DNA of 64,000 bases from an uncultured Acidobacteriota bacterium. GTDB lineage: Bacteria; Acidobacteriota; Terriglobia; Terriglobales; Acidobacteriaceae. The stretch covers positions 1,087 to 65,086 of the forward strand of contig CAVXVD010000073.1 in assembly GCA_963765015.1 (NCBI GenBank), written 5' to 3'. The translations under genes and the position numbers were made by a program. The notes beneath the pieces are model-generated. The model did no database searches and had not been told where the DNA came from. It saw only the letters and a list, made by a program, of their open reading frames with translations. Below, in pieces: positions 1 to 11,251 of the stretch. Numbering within the stretch: the first letter of the stretch is position 1; every line of letters begins with the position of its first letter.

Positions 1-451
1 TCACCATGTTCTCGACCTCAGCGGCAACACGACGTTGCGAGGCGCTGGTCAACGGCTGTTCATAATGGAGGCCCGAGTTCACGCGCCGCTGGTAGCTTTT
101 GGTGAGGACCGAAAGCGTCGCAAGCAGATCGTGATCGCGCAGGCTGCGATCTGCGCGAGCCGCCTTGGCTAGCGCATAGGTGAGTCCCATCAGCAGATGC
201 TCTTGTTCATACATGAACTGATCAGACAGTTCGACTTCGAGGAACAGTTCGGCTGCGTCAATCTGATCAGCCGACCGTGGCTTCTCATGTTCGTGTGCCT
301 GTCGCAGATAAGGACAATCGCTTGGGCAATCGAGCGTCACCTCGCGCTGCTCGCCGCAGCACTGCGGGCAGATGTGTCCGTGAACGGCGGGACAAAATCG
401 CCTTTCCTTTCGGGTTTCACAGATAGCGCAGCTCAATCGGGGCTCCCGCAA
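1..451 (-). CDS. Cys-rich hypothetical protein, N-terminal part (gene runs off the left edge)
   Basis: Uninterrupted minus-strand frame from TTG 451-449 (TGA immediately upstream at 454-452) down to position 2. It is absent from the ORF track because its stop lies outside the window. The N-terminus carries clustered cysteines (SCAICE...FCPAVHGHICPQCCGEQ...LDCPSDCPY). The + ORF 197..520 is its antisense shadow. Confidence 0.5.
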   Translation of the reverse strand, partial: MREPRLSCAICETRKERRFCPAVHGHICPQCCGEQREVTLDCPSDCPYLRQAHEHEKPRSADQIDAAELFLEVELSDQFMYEQEHLLMGLTYALAKAARADRSLRDHDLLATLSVLTKSYQRRVNSGLHYEQPLTSASQRRVAAEVENMV

Positions 452-757
452 TCATTATGGCATCTTCGACCCTACGATTATTTAGGAGTTCGATTGCAAG
501 ACTCGAAATCGGCAGAATGAAGCTGCGAGGGCCTGAGTTTTTAAACTCAAGTCTAGAATTCAGAACTGGCCCGTTACCACGCTGATGCGCATAGCAGGCT
601 CATTTGGGCACCAATAGGCATGGGAACGCCTGTAATGACGGCCCGTTGCGCGCGCGCGAATGAGGAAACCCCTGTAAAATAAGGTGTTTTTCCACAGGCT
701 CGGGGGTATAAGATAGGCCCCGCTGGTATTAAACCGATTTTTTCCCGAGGAGGAAGT

Positions 758-1051
758 ATGGCTTCAGGTCTAACCAAAACACAGCTGATTCGGCAACTCG
801 CCGAGAAGACTGAGCTCCCTAACAAAACCGCGGCGGCATTTCTGGAACATCTCGCTGACACGGCGATCAAAGAAACCAAGAAGAACGGCATCTTCGTAGT
901 GCCCGGTTTAGGCCGTCTGGTGAAGGCGCATCGCAAGGCTCGTGTGGGACGTAATCCGCAGACCGGCGAACCCATCCAGATCAAGGCGAAGACCGTTGTG
1001 AAGTTCCGCGTGGCCAAAGCCGCGAAAGACGCGATCGCCCCCAAGAAGTAG
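758..1051 (+). CDS. HU family DNA-binding protein
   Basis: 97 aa with the HU/IHF fold signature (LTKTQLIRQLAEKT..., GRNPQTGEPIQIKAKTVVKFR). AGGAGG lies just upstream of the ATG and a strong terminator follows. Confidence 0.93.
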   Translation: MASGLTKTQLIRQLAEKTELPNKTAAAFLEHLADTAIKETKKNGIFVVPGLGRLVKAHRKARVGRNPQTGEPIQIKAKTVVKFRVAKAAKDAIAPKK

Positions 1052-1072
1052 TTTCGAATTTTGAGATCGACC

Positions 1073-1105
1073 AAAAGGCTGGCTTAGGCTGGCCTTTTGT
1101 TTTTT
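1073..1105 (+). terminator. Rho-independent terminator after the HU gene
   Basis: AAAAGGCTGGC-TTAG-GCTGGCCTTTT stem (about 11 bp including two G-U pairs) followed by GTTTTTT. Confidence 0.7.
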
Positions 1106-1200
1106 GCGCCATGTCGCGACTGCCCGTGAGCCTCGGACGTGCTCATAGTGAGAGACTGGATCCGCGGCTTGTGAAGGGACGAAAGGACGAGGTTAGGGGC

Positions 1201-2133
1201 ATGCTGAACTGGATTGTTATTGGAATCGGCGATATCGCGACGCGGCGGGTCATCCCAGCGATCCAGGCCGAGCCCCGCTCCCGTTTTTACGGCTTGGTTA
1301 CGCGCGATCCTGCGAAAGCCACTCCCTACGGGGTCCAAACCTGGTCGACCCTAGACCAAGCTCTCGCCGACCCAGCCGTTCACGCGGTGTATGTGGGCAC
1401 TCCAGTTTTCTTGCACGCGCCGCAGACGATTCAGTCGCTTTGGGCGGGCAAGCATGTGATTTGCGAGAAGCCCATGGCGATGAATGAAGCCGAAGCTAAA
1501 ATCATGCTCCAAGCTGCCGAGAAGAGCGGCAAGACCTTCGGGGTGGCTTACTATCGCCGCTCCTATCCCAAAGTGCAACGCGCGAAACGGTTGATCGAAA
1601 CTGGTGCGATCGGCAAGCCCGTGCTGGCCGAACTTACCTGTCATGGATGGTTTGACGGCACGGGCAGCCGCAGCTGGCTCGTTGATCCTGTAAAAGCGGG
1701 AGGCGGGCCACTGTTCGATATCGCCTCCCACCGCATCGATGTTTTGAATTTTCTTTTTGGCCAGCCACAGAGCGTCACTGGCCAGCTGTCGAACCTCGTC
1801 CATCACTACGCGGTGGAAGATAATGCCACCGCGATGATCGAGTACGAAAGCGGCCTGCGCGGCGTCATCGATGTTCGCTGGCACTCGAAGGTGAGCCGCG
1901 ACGAGTGCCGCATTCGGGGCACTGAGGGAGAGATGGAATTATCCCCGCTCAATGGACCCGATCTAGTCTATCCAGGCGGCCGCGAGAATCTACCGCCTCA
2001 CGCCAACCTGCATTATCCGATGTTTGAGAACTTTGTGGATGCCTTGGAGGGCAAAGCGCCGTTGCTGTCCAGTGGTGCGTCGGCGTTCTGGACCGACTGG
2101 GTTACCGAGCGCGCCCGCCATTGGGCCGATTAG
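1201..2133 (+). CDS. Gfo/Idh/MocA family oxidoreductase
   Basis: N-terminal Rossmann segment (WIVIGIGDIATRRVIPA) and the EKP motif (VICEKPMAMN). Start moved to ATG 1201 because the 5' part of ORF 1111..2133 begins directly after the upstream terminator and looks non-coding. Confidence 0.85.
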   Translation: MLNWIVIGIGDIATRRVIPAIQAEPRSRFYGLVTRDPAKATPYGVQTWSTLDQALADPAVHAVYVGTPVFLHAPQTIQSLWAGKHVICEKPMAMNEAEAKIMLQAAEKSGKTFGVAYYRRSYPKVQRAKRLIETGAIGKPVLAELTCHGWFDGTGSRSWLVDPVKAGGGPLFDIASHRIDVLNFLFGQPQSVTGQLSNLVHHYAVEDNATAMIEYESGLRGVIDVRWHSKVSRDECRIRGTEGEMELSPLNGPDLVYPGGRENLPPHANLHYPMFENFVDALEGKAPLLSSGASAFWTDWVTERARHWAD

Positions 2134-2156
2134 CCACAGAGTAGCTCGGCTTACGG

Positions 2157-3451
2157 TTATTTCCCGTACTCGTTCTTCACTACCTCGCCGCCCTTCATCA
2201 CAAACTTAACGCGCTCCAGGGTGGTGACGTCTTTCAGCGGATCGCCATCCACCGCCACAACGTCAGCCCACGCACCCGGCTCGAGGCTCCCTACCTTTCC
2301 TGACCATCCTAGCAAGTCCGCCGCATTTACCGTCGCCGCCTGAATCGCCTGCAGTGGCGTTAGGCCCAGCCGCACCATCACTGCGAATTCGTGGGCGTTT
2401 AACCCGTGCGGATACACAGCGGCATCCGTGCCAAAAGCAACTTTCACTCCACTGGCAAATGCGTGGGCAATGTTCTTGCGCGCTGCCGGGATCACATTCT
2501 CGCGCCTTGGCGAGCAGAGGCAGAGGCAAGCGAGTCAGTCCCCGCGTTGTCGATCATCCAGTCGCCCAGGTAGAGCGTCGGTACCAGATAGGTGCCGTGC
2601 TCTTTCATCGCTGCAATTCCAGCGTCATCGATGTAGCTTCCGTGCTCAATGGAATCCACTCCGGCCTCGGCGGCCCAGCGGATTCCCTCTGCGCCATGTG
2701 CGTGCGCAGCCACCTTCCGACCCAGCCGGTGGGCATCTGCAACGAGCGCTTTCATCTCCTCCAGCGTGTACTGCGAGGCTTGGGGATTGTCTCCCAGCGA
2801 GAGCACGCCTCCGGTGGCGCATACCTTAATCAGGTCCGCGCCATACTTGATATTCTCGCGAACCTTGTGCTGCACCGCGGCAATTCCGTCCGCCACGCCG
2901 TCGCCTACCGCGTGGTATTCGAAGGGCAGCATATTGTTATCGCAGTGTCCGCCGGTGATACCCAGGGCCGGACCGCTTACCAGCATTCTCGGTCCAGGGA
3001 CATCCCCAGTGTTGATCGCATCGCGCAGAGCGACGTCGCTGAAACCATCGGCTCCCACGTTTCGCACTGTGGTGAAGCCCGCGAGCAGCGTGAGCCGCGC
3101 GTTTCTGGCGCCGATCAGACTCTGTCTCGGTACGGATATGGCCAGTTGCTCATAGCCAAATCTCGGATCCATGGTCAGGTGTGTATGCGCGTCGATCAGT
3201 CCCGGAAGCACGGTTCCATTGGGCAACTCGATGCGCACAGCATCCGCCGGAATCTTTGCCTTGGCAGCCGGGCCTACGCTCACGATTTTCCCGCCCTCAA
3301 TGACGAGCGTCTGGTCCAGAACCAGTTTGCCGGTCTTCACATCCAGCAGCTGGCTTGCATGCACTACTACGTGTTGGGTATTCTGCGCAGTCGCCAGCGT
3401 CACTAGGCAAGACATCGCAGCTGCAAACACAAGTCCGCGAACCTTCTTCAT
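2157..3451 (-). pseudogene. Secreted metal-dependent amidohydrolase family protein, interrupted by two 1-nt frameshifts (or sequence errors)
   Basis: Three pieces in different frames make one protein. ORF 2492..3451 has a signal peptide plus IDAHTHL and AAHAHG. A short piece [11 protein letters not shown] lies in the frame of ORF 2263..2529. ORF 2157..2495 has [14 protein letters not shown]...VAFGTDA. The shifts are near 2545 and 2497. Confidence 0.8.
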
Positions 3452-3585
3452 CGTGAAGTTCCTCTCAGGATTGACAGATTGTAAGAATGATTACCCGCGC
3501 CCGATGGAAAAACGGACGAGGCAATGCGAACACTCGCAATGGTTCATGGCAACGCGGACACCGAGGCCATCAGTTCAGGTTTGGC

Positions 3586-4023
3586 TTAGCCCCCAGGCCC
3601 GTCATTCGAGACATACTGTTCGAGGGAATCCAGTTCGTGGCTCAGGTCATCCACGCGCCACTCCAGCAGATTTCGAATCGAGAGAATCCCCAGCAGTTTG
3701 CCGTTATCGTCAGCCACAGGCAGATGACGGAAATGCCGCTCCAGCATGGTGCTTAAGGCTTCTCCTGCCCCGGTTCCTCGCGTGGCCATCTCGACAGGCG
3801 TGGTCATCAGATCGCGTACGGGCGTGGTTCGCGGGTCCACATGGCTGAGCGCCATTTTACGCAGCACATCCCGCTCCGTAAAAATTCCTGCCACGCGGTA
3901 CTCGCTATCGACGACTGCGACGGCTCCAACGTGGTGGTCTAGCATCTTATGGATGGCATCGGCAACGGTCGCTTCGATTCCAACCGCCGCGATCTCACGG
4001 TCACAAAGCTCCAACACGCTCAT
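3586..4023 (-). CDS. CBS domain-containing protein
   Basis: 145 aa with a tandem CBS pair (HVGAVAVVD...GIFTERDV; RHLPVADDNGKLLGILSIRNLL). Confidence 0.85.
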   Translation of the reverse strand: MSVLELCDREIAAVGIEATVADAIHKMLDHHVGAVAVVDSEYRVAGIFTERDVLRKMALSHVDPRTTPVRDLMTTPVEMATRGTGAGEALSTMLERHFRHLPVADDNGKLLGILSIRNLLEWRVDDLSHELDSLEQYVSNDGPGG

Positions 4024-4163
4024 AAGTACCTCCTCCAGCCCTTCACGACCCCGGGGCCGGACTTCGACCGACGGAAACTGGATTGACGCATTATGATCGT
4101 GGCGAAGCGCTTGTCAAGAACATTTACACGAAATCGGTTCTGCGCTCGATTTGGGAGCTTGTG

Positions 4164-4553
4164 CTACGCCTCAATGGCCGCATCCGCTTCGATCTCCACG
4201 AGAATTTCTGGGGAAATTAGAGCGCTCACCTGCACCATCGAAGTGGCTGGACGAATATCCCGAAAGGCCTCTCCGTGAGCCTTCCCAACCTTTTCCCATT
4301 CCGCGATGTTGGTGACATATATCCGGGTGCGGACCACGTCTTTCATGCGGGCGCCAGCTTTCTTCAACGCGCTCTCGATGTTCTCCAAAGTCTGCACCGT
4401 CTGCCCATAAACGTCTCCGACGCCGACGATCTTTCCATCTGGCCCCGTGGCGGTAGTTCCAGACACGTGGATGTAAGAACCCACTTTGACTGCACGAGAG
4501 TAACCCACGATGGGCTCCCACGCGGTGCCGCTTGAAAAGTTCAGTCGTTCCAT
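4164..4553 (-). CDS. RidA/YjgF family protein
   Basis: 129 aa starting at MERLNF, preceded by GGAGGG. YjgF/UK114-type sequence ([31 protein letters not shown]). The longer ORF to 4748 has a non-coding-looking N-terminus. Confidence 0.88.
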   Translation of the reverse strand: MERLNFSSGTAWEPIVGYSRAVKVGSYIHVSGTTATGPDGKIVGVGDVYGQTVQTLENIESALKKAGARMKDVVRTRIYVTNIAEWEKVGKAHGEAFRDIRPATSMVQVSALISPEILVEIEADAAIEA

Positions 4554-4801
4554 GCGAATCCCTCCGTGGCCGCTCATTCTACATTGCCCACGCTTGGAAC
4601 CCTCGACTTTGGCAGCCGCCTTCCCCAATTGCCAGCAATCTACAGTACGAACAAGCCTTTTTCTAACGGATTCAGCGCACAACTCACTTGAGATTGTTCG
4701 TGTTCTAACTAATCGGGAAAACGAATCATGCCGATAAACAAAAGTCACTTGCGTTTAACTACGGAAATGCGATATCAACACACGCATGTGGCTGAAACTC
4801 C

Positions 4802-5384
4802 GTGCACGACACGGAGTTCAGGGGGCTCAAAATGATTCCGGATTCGCATCCGCTGCAGCAGCTCTTTCAAGATCTGGTCGGACGCCATTACGCCGAAGAG
4901 ATCGGCATTCGCGATCCCCAGATCGTTGCCTACGTTTCTCATCTGTTGGCGGAATTCTGCGAAACCGATCAGCTTTACAAAATTCACGACTCGTCCAATC
5001 GTCCGCTGCACGATGTTGGCGAGATGCTCATTGAATCCGACCCGGTTTACGGTCCTGCGCCCTCGTTTGATCGCGAGCGCCAGGTGCGCAAACATGTGGG
5101 CGACTACATCCTCTTTTTTGCCGGGATGTTTCCCGAAAGCATCAACCATTTCCGTCTACGCCGTCAGCGGACTCGAGAATCTGGTTGAGTGGGTCAAGGC
5201 GGGGAAAGAGAGCTACTACATCGTCTCCAAGTTCGAGCACTTTGAATACGCCAAGGTAGCGCCTTTATTCGCAACTTTGTCGAAGAACTTCGAGGAGTGC
5301 GTTTACGGGCTGAACATGGTGAAGAACGATCTGCAGGAGATGCAGCATCCCATTGTTCGCCGGACAGACGAATTGATTATGTAA
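4802..5384 (+). pseudogene. Conserved-looking hypothetical protein, frameshifted
   Basis: ORFs 4802..5188 and 4926..5384 overlap in different frames and read as one protein (...GDYILFFAGMFPESI / GLENLVEWVKAGKESYYIVSKFEHFEY...). The shift is near 5150-5170. No family recognised. ATG 4832 is an alternative start. Confidence 0.5.
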
Positions 5385-5433
5385 CTAGCGAGCTTGTTCG
5401 GCTTCAGCCTCGAGTTCCCCCGCGTTCGCCAAG

Positions 5434-5992
5434 CTATAAAAAGTCAGCGCTGCGCTCCCCTGTTTCAAGCAGACGAAACCTGTGCAGTGCTCCGAATTCC
5501 TCTCCGGGATCGAACTCCTTTTCGTGCTCGGCAATTACAACCGAAGTACCAATAATTAATGAGGAATTTGCCAGGGCACTCAGCGTATCCGAGATAAGCC
5601 CCCGTCATCCGATACGGCGGATCGATGAATACAACGTTGCTCACGAATTGCTGCTGTTCCAGGCGCCGCAAGGCGCGTGGTAACTCTTCCTGCAGCACCT
5701 TGAAGCCCGCGGCAACTCCTAAGCTCCGAAGGTTCTTTCGGATCGCCTCACAAGCAACTCGCGAATTCTCGACGAAGTGCACTTCTTTGGCGCCGCGGCT
5801 TAGCGCTTCGATCCCCACGGCACCTGTCCCCGCAAACAAGTCGAGCCACACGCTGCCTTCCAGTGCTCCCGGATTCCCTGCAGTCAGCACGTTGAACAGC
5901 GTTTCTTTAAGCCGATCGGAAGTCGGCCGAATATCCATCCCATCCAATGAATGTAGCGGCCGGCTTCGGTATTTACCTGCAATGACGCGCAT
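5434..5992 (-). pseudogene. rsmD: 16S rRNA (guanine966-N2)-methyltransferase RsmD, frameshifted
   Basis: SAM motif DLFAGTGAVGIEALSRGA and FIDPPY in ORF 5465..6019. After a C5 run (5599-5603) the expected C-terminus (LISDTLSALANSSLIIGTSVVIAEHEKEF...) continues in another frame to TAG 5436-5434. Start taken at MRVIAGKYR. Confidence 0.8.
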
Positions 5993-6052
5993 CGATGCAC
6001 TCTTGAATTCCGCAACCACTATATTGAGGCTGTAGAATAAACGGAGCAGCCT

Positions 6053-7176
6053 ATGCGAAGCTGGTCCATCTCAGTCGGACGTCTTTTCGGCGTGGATGTC
6101 CGCCTCCATCTCACGTTCCTCATCCTACCCGCATTTCTTTACTGGACGGACTACGCGGCGAATCGGCAAAACGCCAACGGAGGGCGTGACTTCGCTCTGG
6201 TCGGTATTATTCTCGCCTGCGTAGCGGCTCACGAATTTGGACACATGGTGGTCGCCCGCCGTTTGGGGCTGATTCCGAAAGCGGTCATCCTGCTGCCCCT
6301 GACTGGCGTTGCGCTCTACGACGAGTCGCGCGTTCAGAAGCAGCCTACCGTCATGATTTGGCGGCGCGAAATCCGATTTGCCCTGGCTGGACCTCTGGTA
6401 AACCTCGCACTCGCAGGTCTCGCGATTGCCGTGATTACCGCCTCCGCACGCAGCATCGAACTGTGGAAGTGGCCTTTCTGCAGGCCGCAAACCTGCCGCG
6501 AAGCGTGGTATGGGCCAATCTTTGGCTTGCAATTCTGAACCTGATGCCGGCTTACCCGCTGGATGGCGGGCGCATTGTCCGAGCCTACTTCTCCCGTACA
6601 CTCGACCCTGCCTCGGCCACCAGGCGCGCGGTTTCCATCAGCACTGCCATCGCGATGGTCCTGGTCTTTGCCGGGCTGTTCAGCGATGCCTGGCTCACTA
6701 TGGTGGGAGTGATCGTCTTCTCCGCCGCTCAGTTGGAAGAGCGCGCTCTGGTTTTTCAGTCGGTGCTGGATAACGTCCGCCTCGAGGAAGTCATGCTCAC
6801 CGATTTCGCTACCCTATCTCCGGCCGACACTTTGGAAGATGCCCTCGAGAAGGCGGTCCACTCCCTGCAGGACGACTTTCCCGTGGTTCGGGGGAGCGAC
6901 ATGGTCGGAGTCATTTCGAAACAACATATCCTCGACGCGCTGCGGGCGGAAGGCAACGGGTACGTTCAGGCCGTAATGAATAAGATTTTTGAAGTCTCAG
7001 TACGCCAGGACTCGCTCGGGTCGGCCTTCCGCAAGCTCACGGCGAGAAATTCGAGCATCATTCCAGTCGTCGAAGATCAGCGGCTGATCGGCATCGTGAC
7101 CCTTCAGAACCTGATGCACTCCATGTCGCTACTGGCCGAAAGCCGCAAACTGCGCCGCGATGAGAGCGAATCGTAA
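6053..7176 (+). pseudogene. Site-2 protease (M50) family metalloprotease with C-terminal CBS pair, frameshifted
   Basis: HEFGH zinc motif in ORF 6053..6538. NLMPAYPLDGGR and two CBS motifs in ORF 6358..7176. The frames switch around 6440-6470. Confidence 0.8.
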
Positions 7177-7178
7177 GC

Positions 7179-7685
7179 ATGCTGCCGAAGTTGGTTCGTT
7201 TGATTGCTCTGATCGCTTGTCTTGCTGGAGCCCTTTCGCCCGCGGGTTCGGCGCAAGAAGGTTACCCCGCCCAATCCCCAAACTCGGAATCCCGAGACTC
7301 GAACTTTGCCGGATGCTACAACCTTCAAATGGGACGATGGTGGCCCTGGTCTTTGGGTGAAGATGCAAGGTTCGTAACACCCCCAGACCAATTTGAGCTG
7401 ACTCTTCAGCGGGCAACGGAAGGATTTGCGAAGGGCCATCTAATTATTCGGCAGGCGCCTTCCGGCGAGCGCCCTTGGCGATTCTCATACTGGATGTTGA
7501 CCAAGACGAACAGGGCGGCCGCTGTATGGAGCGATGGCCTTTCAGGAGTAAGCATCAACTTCGCGAAGCATGGCGATGAACTCCGGGGTAGGGCGCACGC
7601 TCATTTCGATTCTTGGCGACCACCGCATATTGCGCACGTTACTGCACGGCGGATCGCATGCCAGTCAGCACAACGGTTGCCCTGA
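7179..7685 (+). CDS. Hypothetical secreted protein
   Basis: 168-aa ORF starting 3 nt after the M50 stop. N-terminal signal peptide (LIALIACLAGALSPAGSAQE). No family recognised. Confidence 0.55.
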   Translation: MLPKLVRLIALIACLAGALSPAGSAQEGYPAQSPNSESRDSNFAGCYNLQMGRWWPWSLGEDARFVTPPDQFELTLQRATEGFAKGHLIIRQAPSGERPWRFSYWMLTKTNRAAAVWSDGLSGVSINFAKHGDELRGRAHAHFDSWRPPHIAHVTARRIACQSAQRLP

Positions 7686-7698
7686 CACCGGTTGGGGG

Positions 7699-9298
7699 TC
7701 AGAATAGCCTGACCGCCTTCGCCTGCTGCACCGCTGGAATCAGCCGTAACCGTGCCAGCACTGCCTCCGGCACTTGCCCGTCGACGTGGACAACCGCGAT
7801 CGCCTCGCGCGCCTGTTCCGCTTTTTCGCTACTGCGCCGTCCCAACGAGAAATCAGCAATGTTAATCGATTCTTCCCCGAGAATAGTTCCCACCTTGCCG
7901 ATCACGCCCGGCACGTCGCGGTTCCGCAGGTAAATCAGATTGCGTTCCAGAGGAGCTTCGACGTCAATTCCGTCCACATGCAGCAGACGAGGCGCATCGC
8001 CGTGCAGCACAGCACCCTTTACCATGTGTTCTTCCCTCGCACTCTTCAGAAATATCGAGAGCACGCTCCCCGCTCCGCCGGTGGAAGCTTTCGCCTTGTG
8101 CGATTCCACGACTCGCAGCCCGCGGCTCTCGGCGATGGCGGCTGCATTTACCAGGTTCGCCTTCTCCTCAAGCGCCTGATTCAGAATGCCTTTGATGGCC
8201 GCATTGCGAATCAGTTCCGTCTTCCACTCTGCAATGTGTCCGCCGTAGCGAATTGAAATTTCTTCCAGCGATCCCTCCGACACTTGCGCCAGAAATGCTC
8301 CCATGCGCTCGGCCAGCACAATATAAGGCTGCATCTTCGCGTATTCGTCCGCCGACACCGACGGCACATTCACCGCGTTCTGGATGACTCCGTGCTTCAG
8401 ATACTCCTTCACTTGCTGCGCAATCTGTACCCCGACCGCTTCCTGCGCCTCAAAAGTGGATCCCCCGACATGCGGAGTGAGCAGAACGTTTTCAAGTGCG
8501 GTGAGCGGAGAGTTCTTCAGCGGCTCCTCGACAAAGACATCGAGCGCCGCTGCCCCGACTTGCCCCTGCACCAATGCCCGCGCCAGGTCCGCTTCATTCA
8601 CCAGTTCGCCGCGCGCACAATTCACCAGCCGCACTCCCTTCTTCATCTTCGCGATGGACGCCTCGTTGATCATCCCCGCCGTTTGCGGCGTCAATCCCAC
8701 ATGCAGCGTGATGTAATCCGCCGCGGCATACACCTCCTCGAGCGTTGCCAGACGAATCCCTTGCTCCTTGGCTACCGCCACCGACACGAACGGATCGTGT
8801 CCCATGAGTTCCATCCCAAAGCGCCCGCGCCCGGCGCGCGACTTCCATCCCAACGCGCCCCAGCCCGACAATTCCTAGAGTCTTGGCGCGCAGTTCGGTC
8901 CCCTGGAGAGATTTCTTTTCCCACTTGCCCGCGTGCATGAGTGCATCTGCCCGGCAGAGGTGTCGCGCCATCGCCAACATCATCCCAAGCGTTTGTTCCG
9001 CGACTGCAACCGCGTTGGCCCCGGGGGTGTTCATCACCGCGATGCCCTTATGGGTTGCCGCTTCCAAATCGATATTGTCTACGCCGACTCCCGCGCGCCC
9101 GATTACCCGGAGTTTCTTCGCGTGCTCCAGCAGCTTGGCATCCGCCTGCACGGCCGAGCGCACGATCAGAGCATCTGCTGACTCAAGGAGCTCAGCCAAA
9201 TTGCCGTCGAGTTGATCCGCTGTGAGTACGGTCCACCCCGGCTCCTGCAACTGAGCCACGGCCGACGCGGAAATCTTTTCTGCCACAATGATTTTCAC
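7699..9298 (-). pseudogene. serA: D-3-phosphoglycerate dehydrogenase, frameshifted
   Basis: ORF 8594..9352 carries the N-terminal domain and NAD motif GIVGLGRVG. ORF 7699..8871 carries FGMELMGHDPF..., the catalytic region and a C-terminal ACT-like domain. The frame switches near 8826-8850. GTG start 9298 (VKIIVAEKIS) has AAGGA upstream. Confidence 0.85.
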
Positions 9299-9441
9299 GA
9301 GTGCGTTCCTTTGAATCAGAATCTCTATCCTGAAACGTATGCTGACAACCAATTGACGCGGAAATGACAGCTCCCTGACACGCGCTCCGGCCCGGTTTTC
9401 TAGACTCGCTTCAGTGGGCTCAAGCCCCCCGGAGAAGAAAT

Positions 9442-9840
9442 ATGAAAACCGTCAAGACCACGTTGCTGCTCGCGCTGATGGCACTCGGGCTCGCATGCGG
9501 ATACAGCTCCAAAAGCACTCCTCCAGTCGCCGGCACAATGCCCGCGATCGCTCAGTTGAACCCCAACAGCGCGACCGCCGGTGAAGCGGCATTCACGTTG
9601 ACCGTCAACGGAAGCAACTTTGGAACGAAAGCGGTGGTGAACTGGAATGGCGTTGCCCAGACCGGGACCACTTATCTGAGCTCCAGCCAACTCACCGTAG
9701 CCATTCCTGCTGCGATGATCGCCGCGTCCGGCACCGTTCAGGTGACGGTGACTAACCCGGGCACTCCCGGTACCGGCATTTACGGCACGGGCGCCACCCT
9801 GGCCGAGACTTCCCCGGCCGTGGATTTCACGATCAACTGA
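9442..9840 (+). CDS. Lipoprotein with IPT/TIG-like domain
   Basis: Lipobox (LGLACG) after a signal peptide. The remainder resembles an IPT/TIG Ig-like fold (ITQLNP..A.G...FTLTVNGSNF...VTVTNP pattern). Confidence 0.7.
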   Translation: MKTVKTTLLLALMALGLACGYSSKSTPPVAGTMPAIAQLNPNSATAGEAAFTLTVNGSNFGTKAVVNWNGVAQTGTTYLSSSQLTVAIPAAMIAASGTVQVTVTNPGTPGTGIYGTGATLAETSPAVDFTIN

Positions 9841-9860
9841 ATCGCTGGGCCGCGCCTCCT

Positions 9861-11054
9861 TCAGGCTCCGACCAGCTGCCGTTTTTCGGCCAGAGTGCGG
9901 GCATACACTTGTTGCGCTGCCCGCACCGCCGCGCCATATTCCACGCTCTTGTCGGTCACACGCGCTAGCACGTGCTCGAGCGCGCCTAGTATTCCGACGG
10001 TGTCGAGATAGTCGTAATAGCCAATGTGCGCAATGCGGAACAACTTTCCTTTCATTTCACCTTGACCGTTGGCCACGACCGCGTCGAACGCTTCGCGGAA
10101 CTCTTTTACGATCTTTCCGGAGTCCAGCCCGTCGGGAGCGCAGATCGCAGTTAACGCGGCTGCCGGCGTTGATGCAAACAACTTCAATCCCAACGCCTTC
10201 GCTCCTGTCCGAGTCATTTCAGCGCAGAGTTCAGCATTGTTGATCAACGCTTCGCGTCCCTTTGCCACGCTACCATTGCCCATGCCGCGGACAAACTCCA
10301 GAGCTGCTCCCAGGGCCGCGAACAAAGACGTTGCCGGCGTGTAGGCCGTTTCTCCCTTGGCAGCTGACTTTCTCTCCTTGCGCAAATCAAAGTAAAACCG
10401 CGGCGAAGATGTCTTCTCCATCCGTTTCCACGCCCGCTCGCTCACCCCGCAATACGCCAGCCCAGGAGGCATCATCAGCGCCTTCTGCGAGCCCCCTATG
10501 ATCACATCTACCCCCCACGGGTCTACATCGAGGTGAGTGGTCCCCAGACCGGTAATCGCGTCTACGACCAGCAGCGTCTCGTCGCCGTGTTCGCGCACAA
10601 TTCTTGCGATTCCCTGAATATCGTGCCGTGCTCCGGTGGAGCTCTCGGTCGCCTGCACGCACACTGCGCGTACGGACGTGTTCAACCGCGCTCGGATGTC
10701 GTCCAAAGCAAACGTCTCGCCGTACGGTACTTCGAGCACGTCGACGCGGCAGCCGAAAGCTTTGGCTAATCCCGTCCAGCGCTCGCCAAACTTTCCCGCC
10801 GTCAGCACGAGTACGTTGTCGCCCGGCGAGGTTAAGTTCGAGACCGACGCCTCCATCACGCCCGTTCCTGATGACGCGAGGACCAACACGTCATTCTTTG
10901 TGCCGATGAACTCCTTCATGTCAGCCAGCACGCGTTGAAACAGCGCCTTGAAATCGGCCGTCCGGTGATGCGCCGTGAACGAGGCCATTGCGGTCTGCGC
11001 CGCCGGCAGCAGCGGCGTCGGGCCGGGTGTAAAAAGACGATTCTTATGCAGCAT
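9861..11054 (-). CDS. Class-V (alanine-glyoxylate / serine-pyruvate type) aminotransferase, possibly the phosphoserine aminotransferase
   Basis: 397 aa, LFTPGPTP start, PLP-lysine box IIGGSQKALMMPPG. Proximity to serA suggests a serine-pathway role (inference). Confidence 0.88.
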   Translation of the reverse strand: MLHKNRLFTPGPTPLLPAAQTAMASFTAHHRTADFKALFQRVLADMKEFIGTKNDVLVLASSGTGVMEASVSNLTSPGDNVLVLTAGKFGERWTGLAKAFGCRVDVLEVPYGETFALDDIRARLNTSVRAVCVQATESSTGARHDIQGIARIVREHGDETLLVVDAITGLGTTHLDVDPWGVDVIIGGSQKALMMPPGLAYCGVSERAWKRMEKTSSPRFYFDLRKERKSAAKGETAYTPATSLFAALGAALEFVRGMGNGSVAKGREALINNAELCAEMTRTGAKALGLKLFASTPAAALTAICAPDGLDSGKIVKEFREAFDAVVANGQGEMKGKLFRIAHIGYYDYLDTVGILGALEHVLARVTDKSVEYGAAVRAAQQVYARTLAEKRQLVGA

Positions 11055-11251
11055 GGTCTTGATTCCTTATGTACGGATGATCTATATAGCCGAGCTACAA
11101 GTCTACCGGAAGCGCACCCTTGCGCCACGTTTTCCCCGGCCTGGAGGCATCCAACGTGGAAGAGCGGCCCTTCAGGGCCGCGTAAGGGATCCAACCTTCG
11201 ACGGGCTTCAGTTCCTGTGGCGGGCGCATGCCCTCCGTCTATAATCCTCCC

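Noticed and set aside
197-520. 107-aa + strand ORF at the left edge.
   Set aside because: It is the antisense shadow of a better minus-strand frame (1..451) with structured cysteine motifs. It has no RBS and an implausible sequence.
534-549. 16-nt palindrome TGAGTTT-TT-AAACTCA upstream of the partial Cys-rich gene, considered as a terminator or operator.
   Set aside because: It is not followed by a T-run in either orientation and no second copy occurs in the window. There is insufficient evidence for any role.
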